Position numbers and translations under genes: made by a program. Source: Massalongia carnosa (taxonomy: Eukaryota). Taken from it: a DNA stretch of 64,000 nucleotides. Positions 13,430 through 25,692 of this stretch are shown here, in pieces. The stretch covers positions 1,674,001 through 1,738,000 of the forward strand of contig OZ287076.1 in assembly GCA_965645245.1 (NCBI GenBank), in the 5' to 3' direction. Under the pieces are notes generated by a model. It was not told the origin of the DNA and did not search any database. It saw only the letters and a program-made list of their open reading frames with translations. Position 1 is the stretch's first letter, and each line of letters begins with the position of its first letter.

Positions 13430-14059
13430 ATGTCATCCCCTTTACCAGAACACCCGCATCCAACATCCTCTTCCTCTCCCATTATATCCTTATCCCTCAG
13501 CCTCAAGCCCTCGGCCCACAGCTACAGCGCCAATCCCGCGCCACCAATCCTTAACCTTCATCTCACCTCTCACGCCTCCCGGCCCGTCACAGTTTTGACC
13601 TGGGGCTCCATACTGCACCCCTCTCTCGCACTCCTTCAGAACGGCTTTTCAATCATCAACACCGCTACTAATTCCCCCGTGTCCCAACACAACATCCGCC
13701 TTAGTCGCGCGTCCATCCGCCGCCAACTAGGCTCCGCTGATGACGAGTATTTCCTCACGCTCTTGCCCGAAACACCGCTTACTATAAGCACACCCTTCGG
13801 GCCGTCGCAGCGCCCCCGACCGGCGGGGGATTTGAAGAGGTTACAGAGATTGGCTGTTGGGGTTGATGGGCTGGAAGCGGGGTATGAGTATCGAGTTGGC
13901 ATCAATGAGGGCCAGAAGTCATCTTGGTGGCGGTATGGCACGCGGGAGGAGGTGCTGGCAGCGCCGGAAAGTTTAGATTGGCAACTGGGGGAATCGGAGC
14001 CAGCGATTTCGTTTGACAAGATAACTGTTCTTGATGTGTTGTTGAGGGTTGAGACTTGA
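13430..14059 (+). CDS. Hypothetical fungal protein, 209 aa
   Basis: Single-exon ATG-to-TGA ORF with motifs PVTVLTWGSILHP, GVDGLEAG..Y, WWRYGTREEVL. Confidence 0.72.
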   Translation: MSSPLPEHPHPTSSSSPIISLSLSLKPSAHSYSANPAPPILNLHLTSHASRPVTVLTWGSILHPSLALLQNGFSIINTATNSPVSQHNIRLSRASIRRQLGSADDEYFLTLLPETPLTISTPFGPSQRPRPAGDLKRLQRLAVGVDGLEAGYEYRVGINEGQKSSWWRYGTREEVLAAPESLDWQLGESEPAISFDKITVLDVLLRVET

Positions 14060-14495
14060 TATCTCGAACTGGGAGGAAAGGGTCTTTTCCGATCAGATAA
14101 TTTACTTAGAGGCGCACATGGCTTATCCCTTCGTGCGCCGGTAACTCATCCACCCCAAAAGGGTTTAATGCATTACCGTAGGGCTGAGGGACGAACATCA
14201 AAATATTTACCTTTTCCACCCGAATACCTATCATTTTTGGGGAAATTACAAATAGGGGCGAAGCATTAAATCTGATTGGTTGACGGTGTGGTAAGATTGG
14301 TAGGGATAAGTTACCGGCGCACAAGGGATAGTAGCCGGCTGTTCGACGAAAGACAAAAAAAACCCTCCAAATAGCTTAGCTTGCAATATTTTATTTTATT
14401 TATAATTTTTTATTATTAAGCGTATGCATCCTAAGGATATGACGCAGTGACTGCTATTTATGTACATAAACAACAAGTCAAGAAGTAGAAACCTA

Positions 14496-17111
14496 ATCGT
14501 CGGCTCGCTTACCTCCGGGATCCGACTTGAAAAAATGTCGACCGCATTTTAGTCGGGGAAAGCGGTTGCATCCCGGAAAGCGGTTGCATCCCCTCAAATT
14601 CAAATTTCTTCATCTTTTTGATCATTGACCAACAACCACATTGATTAAAAATCAGTCGCTACCGTACATAGCTTGAAAATCATCGCCGTCATCATCACCG
14701 TCGTCAAAATCATTTCCCTTGACCCCCCTGACCCTCGTGATTCTCCGCTTACTCCGCATACCCCGCATACCCCGCATTCTACCAATCATTCGCATCTCCT
14801 GGTTGAAAAGATGCTTCTAAATCGAATTCTTTCAATGATTCTTCCAAATCGAAAGATACGAAATCATCTCGTAGCCATGTTTCTCCTTCTAGAAGATCTG
14901 GAAGGATTGAATTATCTCCATGACTAGTGCTATCTACGATAAATGTGACATCTTCCTCATTGACATTGTCACGCGGATTCTTTCTAATTTCCTTCTTCGC
15001 TTCCTCAGCTATCCATACCTCATTCGTGGCCTTCCATAATGCCTCGGGGTCAGGAATCTTCTCATACATCTCAATTGGAATGGGACCGAGTATTTTCTGC
15101 ATTTCTTTCAGCTGTTTGACTCGATCTCTTTCTGTTTTTCGAGCAGCCAATCCCTTGACATGCATTTCGTCTCTTTCTATTCGCCATAGCTTCATGAAGC
15201 TATTATTCGCTCGTTTCTCCTCAGCCTCTTGATCCTGTTGTAGTCTGATGGCTATAGCCTGCTTTGCATCTTCCGCTGTGATTCCCAATCTCCCGGTTTC
15301 TGGTCTCAGACGTTTACGAGACATTCGTCTGTTATTTAACTGACTTCTTCTTGATTCTCGATGCATTTCCAGCTCCATGCCATCGATAATCGTATTCGAA
15401 ACAACTTCATTTGTATTGTCTACAAATGAGTCCCATTCCTCAGCCCGAGCGGGATCACTCCATTGCATGGATTTTCTGATTTTCGGTCCCCATTGATTCA
15501 AACCATACTCAATGTCAGCTACTTTTGTCGGTTGGATTTGACGAGGTGGGGGTAGAGGTAATGAGGGCTCATTATTCGTATTCAGACTGTTTAATGAATC
15601 ATTGGGATCATTGGGATTGAAATTTTTCAGCTGACGAATGCATGCCTTTGGATCAATCGGCCACATTCCCGACTTTTCAAATGCATGCCGAATCGTAGAA
15701 GTCTTGAATGTATGATTTCTGATTTTGGTCAAGTCCTGTATAAATTGAGACAGAGAATACTCGACAAATGACGACGCAACGACTTCCTCAATAGCTTTGC
15801 AATGCCAATGCTTATAAGGCTGAAATACGCCCACATCCAATGGTTGCATGCAATGTGTTAAATGTGGTATAAAGGGAAAGGGTCGAATGCGATTCTCATT
15901 GGCCAAAAGTGAAAATTCAGGGGTTGTATGACTGCCATGATTATCCATCAGCAATAATTGCCATTCCGCATCAGGTCCTGCATTTGTATGTTTGATAAGA
16001 TGCTTCAAATATTCAATTGCTATCTTATCAGATGTAAAACCACTGTTCGAGGGCACGACATACGTGCCCTCGGGCACACCTTCCGAAAACCATGTGGCCA
16101 TGATGTCATGACCCTGTACGATGATCATTGGAGGGGGGGGATAGTCGCCGGCAGCATTGATAGTCTCAATAACTGTCGCAGATCTGCGATTTTTCGGGCT
16201 GACGGCGTAGAATTGTTTGATTTCCTCAGGAACAATGAGTTCCTGACCCCTCATGCATCCAACCCGAAAACCAGCTTCATCAAAGTTCAAAATGTTCCGA
16301 CTTTTTCGAATTTTCAACTCTTTCAACACCTCTCTATACCTTTCAAACCATTCCATCACATCTGATTCTTGGGCAGCTTTATAACGAATCATTGCTAGTG
16401 GTTTTGTCTTTATTTTATGAAGTTTGTTACATTTCCACCAGCTCCGAAACCATCTTCTTGACGGGCCTACCTCGAGGGGGTTATAGGCCTTTTTCAGACT
16501 TACAATAGCCTTGAAAACCATCTGATGTGTAGGAAGAATTCCATGAATCAATAAGGACTTAATAAAGCCAGTAATTGACCTTGCCTCATGCTCCCTCAGT
16601 ATCTGATTTTGTCCTCCAATTTTCCTCCCTTCTGGTCGACGAATGGAAGACGTCAAAGTTTTGACGTTGATATTGTAGATTCTAGCTGCAGTCGTTTTAC
16701 TTTCTTTGGGATGATTTGTCAGAAATTCCTTCGCCTTTTTCAATCTTTCCATGGGGTTGAGAGTAGAGACAAGGGAGGCGTCGTTATCCATGATTCGAAA
16801 GGGGAGATTGGTTCGGGGGATTGATTCGAAAGGAAAGGATTTGAATTGATAATCAGTTGGGTCGGAGAAATGATTTTCAAGCTATGTACGGTATCGGCTG
16901 ATTTTTAATCAATGTGGTTGTTGGTCAATGATCAAAAAGATGAAGAAATTTGAATTTGGGAGGATGCAACCGCTTTCCGGGATGCAACCGCTTTCCGGGA
17001 TGCAACCGCTTTCCGGGATGCAACCGCTTTCCGGGATGCAACCGCTTTCCCCGACTAAAATGCAGTCGACATTTTTTCAAGTCGGATCCCGGAGGTAAGC
17101 GAGCCGACGAT
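14496..17111 (-). mobile_element. Full-length Fot1/pogo (Tc1-mariner) DNA transposon with long TIRs
   Basis: TA TSD (14494-14495, 17112-17113); TIRs about 14496-14682 and 16870-17111 starting ATCGTCGGCTCGCTTACC; internal 18-bp repeat GGATGCAACCGCTTTCCG present 2x left and 5x right. Confidence 0.96.
14779..16791 (-). CDS. Fot1/pogo DDE_1 transposase, intact, 670 aa
   Basis: N-terminal HTH region; NFDEAGFRVG, LLLMDNHGSH and HCMQPLDVGVFQPYK catalytic motifs. Confidence 0.95.
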   Translation of the reverse strand: MDNDASLVSTLNPMERLKKAKEFLTNHPKESKTTAARIYNINVKTLTSSIRRPEGRKIGGQNQILREHEARSITGFIKSLLIHGILPTHQMVFKAIVSLKKAYNPLEVGPSRRWFRSWWKCNKLHKIKTKPLAMIRYKAAQESDVMEWFERYREVLKELKIRKSRNILNFDEAGFRVGCMRGQELIVPEEIKQFYAVSPKNRRSATVIETINAAGDYPPPPMIIVQGHDIMATWFSEGVPEGTYVVPSNSGFTSDKIAIEYLKHLIKHTNAGPDAEWQLLLMDNHGSHTTPEFSLLANENRIRPFPFIPHLTHCMQPLDVGVFQPYKHWHCKAIEEVVASSFVEYSLSQFIQDLTKIRNHTFKTSTIRHAFEKSGMWPIDPKACIRQLKNFNPNDPNDSLNSLNTNNEPSLPLPPPRQIQPTKVADIEYGLNQWGPKIRKSMQWSDPARAEEWDSFVDNTNEVVSNTIIDGMELEMHRESRRSQLNNRRMSRKRLRPETGRLGITAEDAKQAIAIRLQQDQEAEEKRANNSFMKLWRIERDEMHVKGLAARKTERDRVKQLKEMQKILGPIPIEMYEKIPDPEALWKATNEVWIAEEAKKEIRKNPRDNVNEEDVTFIVDSTSHGDNSILPDLLEGETWLRDDFVSFDLEESLKEFDLEASFQPGDANDW

Positions 17112-19259
17112 TAGCCCCCAGGGTAAAATCATTCGCTTATTTCTTGAACGCAACGAAATCGTTCTTCTGCCACGCGGTGCATACACTCAGATCTTCAAGC
17201 GCTAGGAATCCTATAGACTCGATGAACTAGACAGTGTATCTTCACACGTTCGACGAATGTTCTCTCTCTTTAATCGTTTTGACGCAATGAAGGAAAGACT
17301 GATCGTGATCGAGGGCAGATCGTGATGTCGTATATATGAAGGTGTGGAAGTGTGGCCATTTCGAATGAATGGGCTTTTTCGATGTGGTGAAAGGTTATCG
17401 CCTGAGAGGTGTGGTCATTCCGAATGAATGGGCTTTGAATGCCTTCGAAGTGGTGAATGATCAGTAGAGACGTTGATCATTCAAACGGCCATCAAGGTGG
17501 ACTTCCGCGTTGGCGGTGATCAGATATTGGCCACCTTCGAGGAGTTGTTGATAGCCTGCACCACGTAGAGGTTTCTGACCTAGCAGGCCAGAACTTTCTA
17601 TTGATGCCATTCAAAAGCACTGTAAGTTTGCTCTAGGCGATGTATTCTGCAAAAGGAATGCAGAAACTCTAGTTTATTTTAAGACACTACTACAAATTCG
17701 ACAATCTTAAAAATAGAGAAGTTTGTATCTTTCATTCAGAACCTACACATCGTGTGCAACAGACTTAGAACTAAACATTATTATGTCTCTCATCTACTCA
17801 AGTCCAGGATTTCACAACATCTCCTTGTACTCAGTCTCTTTCCAAAGCTTGTCTGACATAATATGTTTAGATTGTTTGCTGCATGTTTGTTTTGTCAAAG
17901 TTGTGTATTGATTTCAAGATAACTAGTCATGGACTCGGGCAGACCGTCCTGCGCTGGTTTAGCTTCGAGGTTTAAGTTGGAGACCCGTTGGCAAGCGGAG
18001 TCTTAAGAAAGCTGTGGGAAGTAGGGGCACAATATATCAACCCAGATTTACTCGCAAGATCGGCAGCTTTGGGACAGTCATCTGAACGTTGTTTCCTGGT
18101 TCTATTCAGCTTTCGTGCCATCTAATGGCTCACACTCTAAATAGGACTGCTGGAAAGAAGAGACCTTACCATATCAAAATAGGCGCAAACAGAGCTTGTC
18201 GACGTGCCACGGCATTAAAAACCAAACCTGCACAACCCTCACACAATCTTCTAACTATCCGCATCAATAGCTTCTATGGCAACACAAATGGTTATTTTTA
18301 GAAACTGTATGATTTGCAGAGCGCTATCTCGACGAAGGGATCTGCCATAATCAAAGTTGTGGACATAAACCTGGGAGGTAGCTTCACTTGCGTAAATTGT
18401 TCAGATCGTCTTGTAGAAAATTCTACTCTAAGAGAAAATGGAGAAGACTTTTTGTCATGGATTTTGTAACCTTTTCAGTATTAGATACACTGTCTGCTCG
18501 ATTTCACATCCATCCTCCCATAACCTTCGAGTTGCAAACGCTACTCAATTTTTTCTCTCCCACTTTGAAACAAGAATATTCCTGTAATGACGATGTATGC
18601 CCTAAATGCCGCATCGAGGCCCAAACAGTATTATTTCTCATTCGAGACTATCGAACGTTAATGCTAAATAGATGACTAGTCCCAGGACTCAGGTAAACTT
18701 TTCCTAATGATCTTTTTGGTAGCATTAGTTTAAGCGGCCAAGGCTTACCCCTTTTGTGTGTATCATCCAAGAAGGATTTGTGGAGCAAATTAGCCTTTTT
18801 TTCGAAAAACAAGGGTGATATACCGTTCTAGTAGGTAGGGTTGGAGCCGACATTCTAACTGATTCTGTCTTAGGCTGAGTAAAAAGCAAACAATATATCT
18901 TTCTGGGCCAGCTTTGATCACTGGACTTTCCCCTAATCTAGTTACTTGCTGCATCATCTACATCGCGGATGTTCTGTGTATGAGGTTATCTCTCTTCAAA
19001 CTGAGTAAATGCAAGGCTCATTTACAACATCCCTCTTCATTCACTTCCTTTCCTATTCATGAAATCGTGTCTCTTATTGGCCTCTTCACCGCCCACAACT
19101 CGTCTCTCAAATCAAAGTCTTTGCACATGCATCAGCACTAGCCCAAGACGTTCTCGCCTTTCAATGTTTCCCCCATATTCAGTCTGTACTACCCTTAGGG
19201 TCTTCCCCTTATATCCTCAATAAATTCTTGGTATGTGAAAATCTAGTCGCCCATATTCT

Positions 19260-20150
19260 TGTTGGAATACTCGCTTAGCCCCATTAGATCTAGCTCAGCC
19301 CTGCAGGCTGCCATGACTGCTATAAGCAGTCACCTCCGTAGTAATTTCAACATGATGCCGTCAACTGTTTATTTAACAGGTTATGAGTCCCGGGTTTGTG
19401 CTTTGCGCCCCTCCGACGGCATCCTTCATGCATAGACTACGTACTATCATGTCGTATCAAGAAGATGATGAGGTGAAAGTTCAGACGTGGAAAGCGCGAA
19501 AACGAAGCGGAAACGACATCGAAAGGGATGAGAAACGAAGCGGAAACGAAGCGGAAACGTCATCGAAAGTGGTGTACGTACGAAACGTGCTGAGGAGGAC
19601 ATCTACAATGGGCGGTGCCTCGAAGACTTCACATCTTGCATTACTGGTCAGATCAGCAAGGGGAGATAAAAGCCCTGCGATCAGGCCACCAACGTCAATG
19701 GTCTACGGGAAAATGTCTAACAGAGACATCGAGAAAAGCCCTGCTCAGGCCATCAACAAAACACGTCCATAGTACTCTTCCCATCCACCCATACACTCAC
19801 AAAAGCTACGTTTCGAGAAATGGTTATGGGTTTAATGAGGCTACAAAGCAGGACAACCAAAGACATAAGAAAGAACTACGTGCTTAGGGAAAATGGAGTC
19901 AGAGGGAGCTAGATTCGTTCCGCAAGGGGAGCGAATCGGACACAGCTGGATGAATCACTTCGCAAGGGGAGTGATAAAAGCTGGATAGTTTCAATTTTGG
20001 AGGCGAAAGGGGAGCCACGCTCGAAGGGGAGTGTTGGAATACTCGCTTAGCCCCATTAGATCTGGCTCAGCCCTGCAGGCTGCCATGACTGCTATAAGCA
20101 GTCACCTCCGTAGTAATTTCAACATTATGCCGTCAACTGTTTATTTAACA
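19260..20150 (+). mobile_element. Miniature non-autonomous copia-derived LTR retroelement (TRIM-like), 891 bp
   Basis: 119-bp LTRs TG...CA at 19260-19378 and 20032-20150 with 2 mismatches; 5-bp TSD ATTCT; PBS-like GGTTATGAGTCC directly after the 5' LTR; PPT GAAGGGGAG before the 3' LTR. Confidence 0.93.
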
Positions 20151-22280
20151 ATTCTCATCATGGCTCATATCGAGATGCTTTTGCACCAAGATCGTTCCCA
20201 TAACGCAATTGGCTGATTAAAAAAATAAGCCAAGCCAGCTCATCTTATTTTATTTGGCTCAGCGACTAAGCGCTAAGATCTTGTTTGAGCAAATTCCCAT
20301 CAAGGGGCTGCGGCTGGAACAGATTCGTTCTATAGAAAATTCCGGATTCTTTTGTTTTGCCTTTATTTCCCCTCTGAACGTAAAATGACAAACTGTTTCC
20401 CATCCTTGCACAACATGTTAGTGATATTTTCACAATATCTCTGCTTGTTCCTTTCTTTTCCTTTTTAGATGTAAAACACATATGCCGCTTGGCAGAGATG
20501 AAATCTGGATATCATGCAATTACTTCACAGTTAGCCTTTCACTAGCTCTTATTCTTTCTCTAGAGAGGCGAGGTAGAAACCGCCATTGGCCCAGCTCAAG
20601 TAAGTTGTTCATCGTACATGTTTATGCGTAATCTGACTGTCATCTGACATAATTTATACCTGTGCTAATCCGATGATGAGTTAGACAACGTTGATGATGA
20701 TGATGATGATGATGATGTATTCATACTCCGATATGTCACCGGCCGTAGGCCGGCCCATGCGGGCAAAGCTATCTAAGTTATGTTACATGGAAACCCTTTT
20801 TCAGGTGTAAAAACCATATCCCTTGATACCTGTCCGATGTGACACCGGGTCAACGTCCGACAGGAGACGCAGAGCGAAAATCATGTGAGAACTGTGACGC
20901 CTTGTGAGATAAGAAGGAAAAGAGAAGTAAAACAACTGTAAATTATACAATAGTGTAGATGCCAGTGAGAATTGGGTCAGTAGACCTGTTTTCATTAACC
21001 AAGTAGTTAATATCTTTAGAGTTTTTGATGTTTCGGTCAGCTGTTGATAGTTATTCGTGCCAGCGGCGCAAAATATCTGTTCTCTATTGTCAATAAGTCT
21101 ACAGAACATAATTACGTGTTCTGGAGTTTGTCTGTGTTAGCCACATGGGCAGGCCGGTGAGGTGACGGCGGGGACCCGTCGCTGGTAGAGGAAGTCAGCT
21201 AGACCGATCTTACCGGTGCGGATCTGTGTTGTCAGGGCGCTTTCTGCCTTTTTTAGCAGCGTGTGTATTTCCAGTCGTTTTTTGCTCAGTGGGACTGATT
21301 GCACTATGGAGGGTTCGGTGACGCGATTTTGATATGCGCTCCACGAGTCGTTCCAGACTTTCAGCTGTCGTGCTTTAATTGTCTGCATTTGTTTTTGACG
21401 AGCCAACGCTGCTACGGAGACTTCGCGGAGATGCGCTGGGGAGGGGTCGGACCATGGTGGGTGTGCTTTGGGTGGTTGAACGATTTTTGCGTCGATCAGT
21501 AGGTTTTTGGCCCAGGTGTGCTTCAGCTCTCCCGGAGTGGGTTTTTGAAGGCGTTTGCGACCTGCCTTGCCTTGAAGTTTGTTAACTATTTTGCTGCATG
21601 CGGAAGAAATGACCTTCGATTGACCTCCGGCTCGGAGTCGATGTCTGGCCTGCGCCTGTAGCGTGTCGAGGTGTACATCTATGGGTGCTATGTATGTCTC
21701 TGCTTCAAGAACTGGAATGGGAGTAGCTTTAAAGGCACCGGCTATGGTGTGAAGGCAGTTGTTTTGCATAACGGAGAGCTTGCTCGTTGACGTTTTTGAC
21801 TTTTTGACTTCTTTGGGCATGTGCCATACGGTTGACCCGTATGTCATGACCGGACGCACTACGGCGCTGTAAACTTGCCTTGCTTTGGTGAAGGTGGCAC
21901 CCCAAGTCGATGTGGAGATTTTTGTCAATGCCATGGATTGTTTGACCATTTTCTTTTGCGTTTTGCGAACGTGCGGTCCCCATTTCAATTTGGTGTCAAT
22001 TTGCAAGCCTAAGGCCCCGTTCGGTAACCTCCTTATTGTCAATAAGGAGCCTCCTTCTTGAAAATATGGAACCTCCTTATAATGAAAAAGGCCTTCCGTT
22101 CGGTTCGGCCTTCTCCTTATTTTTAAGGAGTCTCCTTCGCGGCAAGTTCTATAATTGGTATATTGCAAAGGGTCTGCAGGGATTGTTGCAGGGGGCCAAA
22201 AAAAGGTGTTCGCGAGGTCCTTTTTTTATTAAGGAGGGTTCTATTTGCCGCTGTATTCGACGATTGTATGTCTTTTAAAT

Positions 22281-23450
22281 ATGGAACACTACTTGCAGCG
22301 ACGATCGCAAACAGCGACGGTTATCAATTTAATCTTGATGAGAATTATTCCCAATCTAATTCTGACTACTCAGCATGAGTCGAATAGAGGCAAAGAATAT
22401 ACGACGAGTTTACTTACTGATCATCATCGTCGCATTTTTAACATGCTACGAATGTGTCTCGAGATCTTTGATGCGCTATTGGACTGATTATTAAAAAATA
22501 CTAATTTAGTATCTACTAGATGGATTGATGCGACTAAAAAGGTAACTATGTTTCTCGTCTACGTCGGTCAAGGTGTTTCGTATCGTTTGATATCTGAATG
22601 GTTCGGGCACAGTCTCGATACCGTCAGTAGAGTCTTTAAAGAGGTCTTGTATGCAATTATCACGCTGCATAAACATACTGTAAAGATGCCTCAGTCGAAT
22701 ACTTCATTGTCGTCTCATATAGCTGGAAATCCAAAATATTATCCCTTCTTCAAGGATTGTATTGGGGCGTTGGATGGTTCTCATATATCAGCTTTTGTTC
22801 CATTATCGAAACAGGCCGCTTGGAGGAATCGCAAAGGCTTTATATCTCAAAATGTATTAGCTGCGTGCGATATGGATATGTATTTCGTTTATATACTTGC
22901 TGGATGGGAGGGAACTGCTCATGATGGAAGAGTCTTGAATGATGCCATCAACAAAGGATTTATCGCCCCGTCAGGCAAATACTATCTCGCCGACGCTGGA
23001 TACTCGAACACTCTCATGACTTTGGTCCCCTATCGGGGCGTCAGATATCATCTCAAAGAACAGGCACAGCAGGCATCGAAACCACAGACCAAGCAAGAGC
23101 TGTTTAATCTTCGTCATTCATCGCTAAGAAATGTCATTGAACGACTGTTTGGCGTCATAAAACGAAGATTTCGAATACTGCAAACTGCTCCGGAGCATCC
23201 TATGCGCACACAAGTAGGACTGATATATGCGTTGACGGCGTTGAATAACTTGATTCATCATCATAGTAATGGCATATCTGATGACATAGACAACGAGATA
23301 ACGTCTGAAGAAGCATCAAACGACGTCGAAGATAAAGATGAAGAAGATGAAAGCTCAAATCAGCTTGAGAAAGATAGTAAATTCATAAACGCCAAACGAG
23401 AGGATATTGCTACTCAAATGTGGATGCAATATAGACAACATATAGATTAG
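22281..23450 (+). pseudogene. Harbinger (DDE_Tnp_4/HARBI1-like) transposase with one in-frame TGA at 22485-22487
   Basis: FKDCIGALDGSHI, QNVLAACD, GWEGTAHD, YYLADAGY, FNLRHSSLRNVIERLFG; upstream frame from ATG 22281 is interrupted by a single TGA. Confidence 0.9.
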
Positions 23451-23554
23451 AGCGAAATCCCCATGGAATAGATCAGATTTCAGTGATAACTTGATGCATT
23501 GAGTCGAGAAAGTGCTTCATATGTAGACGTTATTCAACTACTTAAAATAAAATC

Positions 23555-24490
23555 CTATGAATTCTTCTTTATTTCTTCCTGGAATTTTTCCAACTGCCTT
23601 TCCACCCATCGACGTCTGAATTTTGAACTCGTCAAACTTAGAAAGATACGAGCTTTCGTCTCGTCTTCAAACACCTCCGTCCGAATCTGATCCTCCATAT
23701 CCAGATCCTCAAACGCTGGAAAGAACACGCCCAAAGCTCGCTCTATTGGGGTCTCAACATTCTTATCTTTCAATACTTGTGATGTCTGCTGCTCGTTCGA
23801 GGTTGATAGAAAATTGATCGCCTCAGCAAGATGCTCAGAGCCGGTCTTTCTGATTCGTTTGAGACCTTCTGATGGGCCTGATGCAGAAGCGGTTCCAGCA
23901 AGTTTTCTGAGAGAGGGTACCGACGACGCGGCAGATAACGACTGAGAAATGGGGTTGGAAGACTGTGAGAATGACTGTTCTTCATCATACAAGTTATCGA
24001 CAGCTGCTAATCGAAGTCGTGGATCCAGGGCGTCTTCCTCCTCATCCAACATATCTTTATCTTCGCCTTCATCAAAATCATTTACATCTACAGCTTCCTC
24101 GCCAGTAGCCAGAACGTCAAAGAACAGCTTGTTCAACAAAGCCTCATATCTAATTGGTTTTGCGGAGGTTCGAAACTCCTTGGCCTTGGGATGTTTGTCT
24201 AGATATCGATCCCATACCTCGTCGGGTGCGGTGACAGCATTGTTATGTGGATCTCTACCGAAACCAGATTGGCTGGCTAGATGATACCAAGTTTTGTACT
24301 TGATCTTGAAAGCATCATGCTTATTCTTCAACTGATTAATTGATGCGATGATGTTGAGTCGAGTTTTCATGGCCATTTCTACAGCAGTTCAGGCATCTCT
24401 TTTATATCCTGAGTCGGCTCGCAACCCCTTACCCACCTCCTCAACAAGAGTCTCAAAGAGAGTCAAAGAGGATCTCCTCCATTAAGTAAG
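23555..24490 (-). pseudogene. Harbinger Myb/SANT-like DNA-binding protein with a premature stop near 24390
   Basis: LVEEVGKGLRADSGYKRDA*TAV..QLKNK....K..YKTW...SQSGFGRD....VTAPDEVWDRYL..HP. Confidence 0.85.
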
Positions 24491-24979
24491 ACTTGTCAAT
24501 AGCTTCTTATTGTAGCCGCGAATAAGACGCTATAAACGCACGGACACCAGCTTATTCAGGGGTGCAAAAAGGAGCAGTCTTAATGTTACCGAACAGCCCC
24601 TAAGACTCTAATGTCCGTTTTTGGTTCAATTTCGGTGCTTGCAATGTTGATAGATGCAGCCATATTGAATCTTTTGGGATTTCTAGACAAGTGAATGAGT
24701 TCGTACTTCGTCGGAGCGAATAGAGATCCGTGTCGGGAAGCCCACTTTTCGCATTGTCTGTGTATTGACTCCAGAGTCTTGCAATTCTCTTCGGTGCTTT
24801 TTCCGTATGCCAAAATGTTGGCATCGTCTACAAATCCTATGGCACTTGTGTTTGTGCCTGGTCGCTCACATATTTCCAATAGGTCTGCATTATAGAATAG
24901 ATAAAGGATGGATGAGAGAGGGGAGCCCTGTGGTATACCAGTTCTCACCGCGAATCGTCCGGTCGCTTTTCGATCTAAG

Positions 24980-25692
24980 AATGATAAAATAGAGTTGACA
25001 TCTCCTTCGTGAAGTCTCTATCCCAGTTTCGTTCATCTCACTGGTGCGTTTTACGGCCCAAGACTATTGATGAATTCTACGATTGGGGTGAACGACGTCC
25101 CTTTCGCCCAGGTCAAACCCAGTTTACTCCTTAAGCATATATCAAGGGCGAGTCTAGCCGTAGCACATGCGCCGGCGAACCGACGGGGTCTCGTTACGAG
25201 CGAGATAGACATTCCCTGCTCTATATACACCGACATGCGCATACTGTCCTATCGGGCTATGCAGACGGTCTCCGTACGGTGGCTGCCATTGCATACCACG
25301 CCTCACGGGTTTTTTACGCCCACTTCGCGTTATTCATAAAGGTCTCCCGTTTATGAACCGACCATGTCTCGCGGGGATTTCGGCCACTTTGCTCCTGACC
25401 AGGCAGTATAGCACCGATTTTCCGTCCCTACTAACTAAAAGGAGTCGAGGACAACTCGGAGGGGTGCTCGTTTGAAATTCGTCTATTAGCTCAGGGCCTA
25501 GACTGTTATCAATTAACGGGTTCCTCGTATATTGCCCTCTTCTTGTCCCAAGGGTGTCCTATTTGATGACTAGGTTGCTCCACCATCCCCGGTGCGACCC
25601 CGGTTCGGGCCGTGTTGCTCACAGTAGCCATTAATCGGATGGTTTTCATAACCCAAATCCCTTGTATCGTGCAGGGTGTGACCCCACACTAT
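24980..25692 (-). ncRNA. Candidate large structured non-coding RNA, unclassified
   Basis: Many nested helices on the minus strand with UUCG and GNRA loops (cgucgg-UUCG-ccggcg, uucauaaa-c-gg-GAGA-cc-uuuaugaa, cc-GAUA-gg), G-U pairs and no credible ORF. Confidence 0.5.

Larger units (their letters stand above)
22013..24600 (+). mobile_element. PIF/Harbinger DNA transposon inserted in the LINE RT
   Basis: TAA TSD (22010-22012, 24601-24603); imperfect 16-bp TIR GGCCCCGTTCGGTAAC / GGGGCTGTTCGGTAAC; two convergent ORFs (transposase plus Myb/SANT). Confidence 0.93.
20693..24975 (-). pseudogene. Tad1-like LINE ORF2 3' part (RT C-terminal half plus CCHC knuckle), split by a Harbinger
   Basis: TGIPQGSPLS.ILYLFYNADL and GFVDD at 24603-24975 rejoin across the insertion as DIRV-LGLQIDTKLKWGPHV; CPCG*HRQTPEHVIMFC; 3' UTR hairpin at about 20739-20755 and a (CAT)n tail. 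Confidence 0.92.

Noticed and set aside
17113..17560. Terminus of another DNA transposon (duplicated GTGTGG.CATT.CGAATGAATGGGCTTT, faint coding remnant)
   Set aside because: No partner end, TSD or reliable protein motif; cannot be classified.
22485..24395. TGA-as-Trp recoding in the Harbinger ORFs
   Set aside because: TGG is used for Trp elsewhere in these ORFs and TGA ends other genes in the window; point mutation is simpler.
25360..25430. RNase P (GGAAAAUCGGUG) or RNase MRP (GAAAUCCCCG) CR-I-like motifs
   Set aside because: No complementary CR-V segment downstream to form P4.
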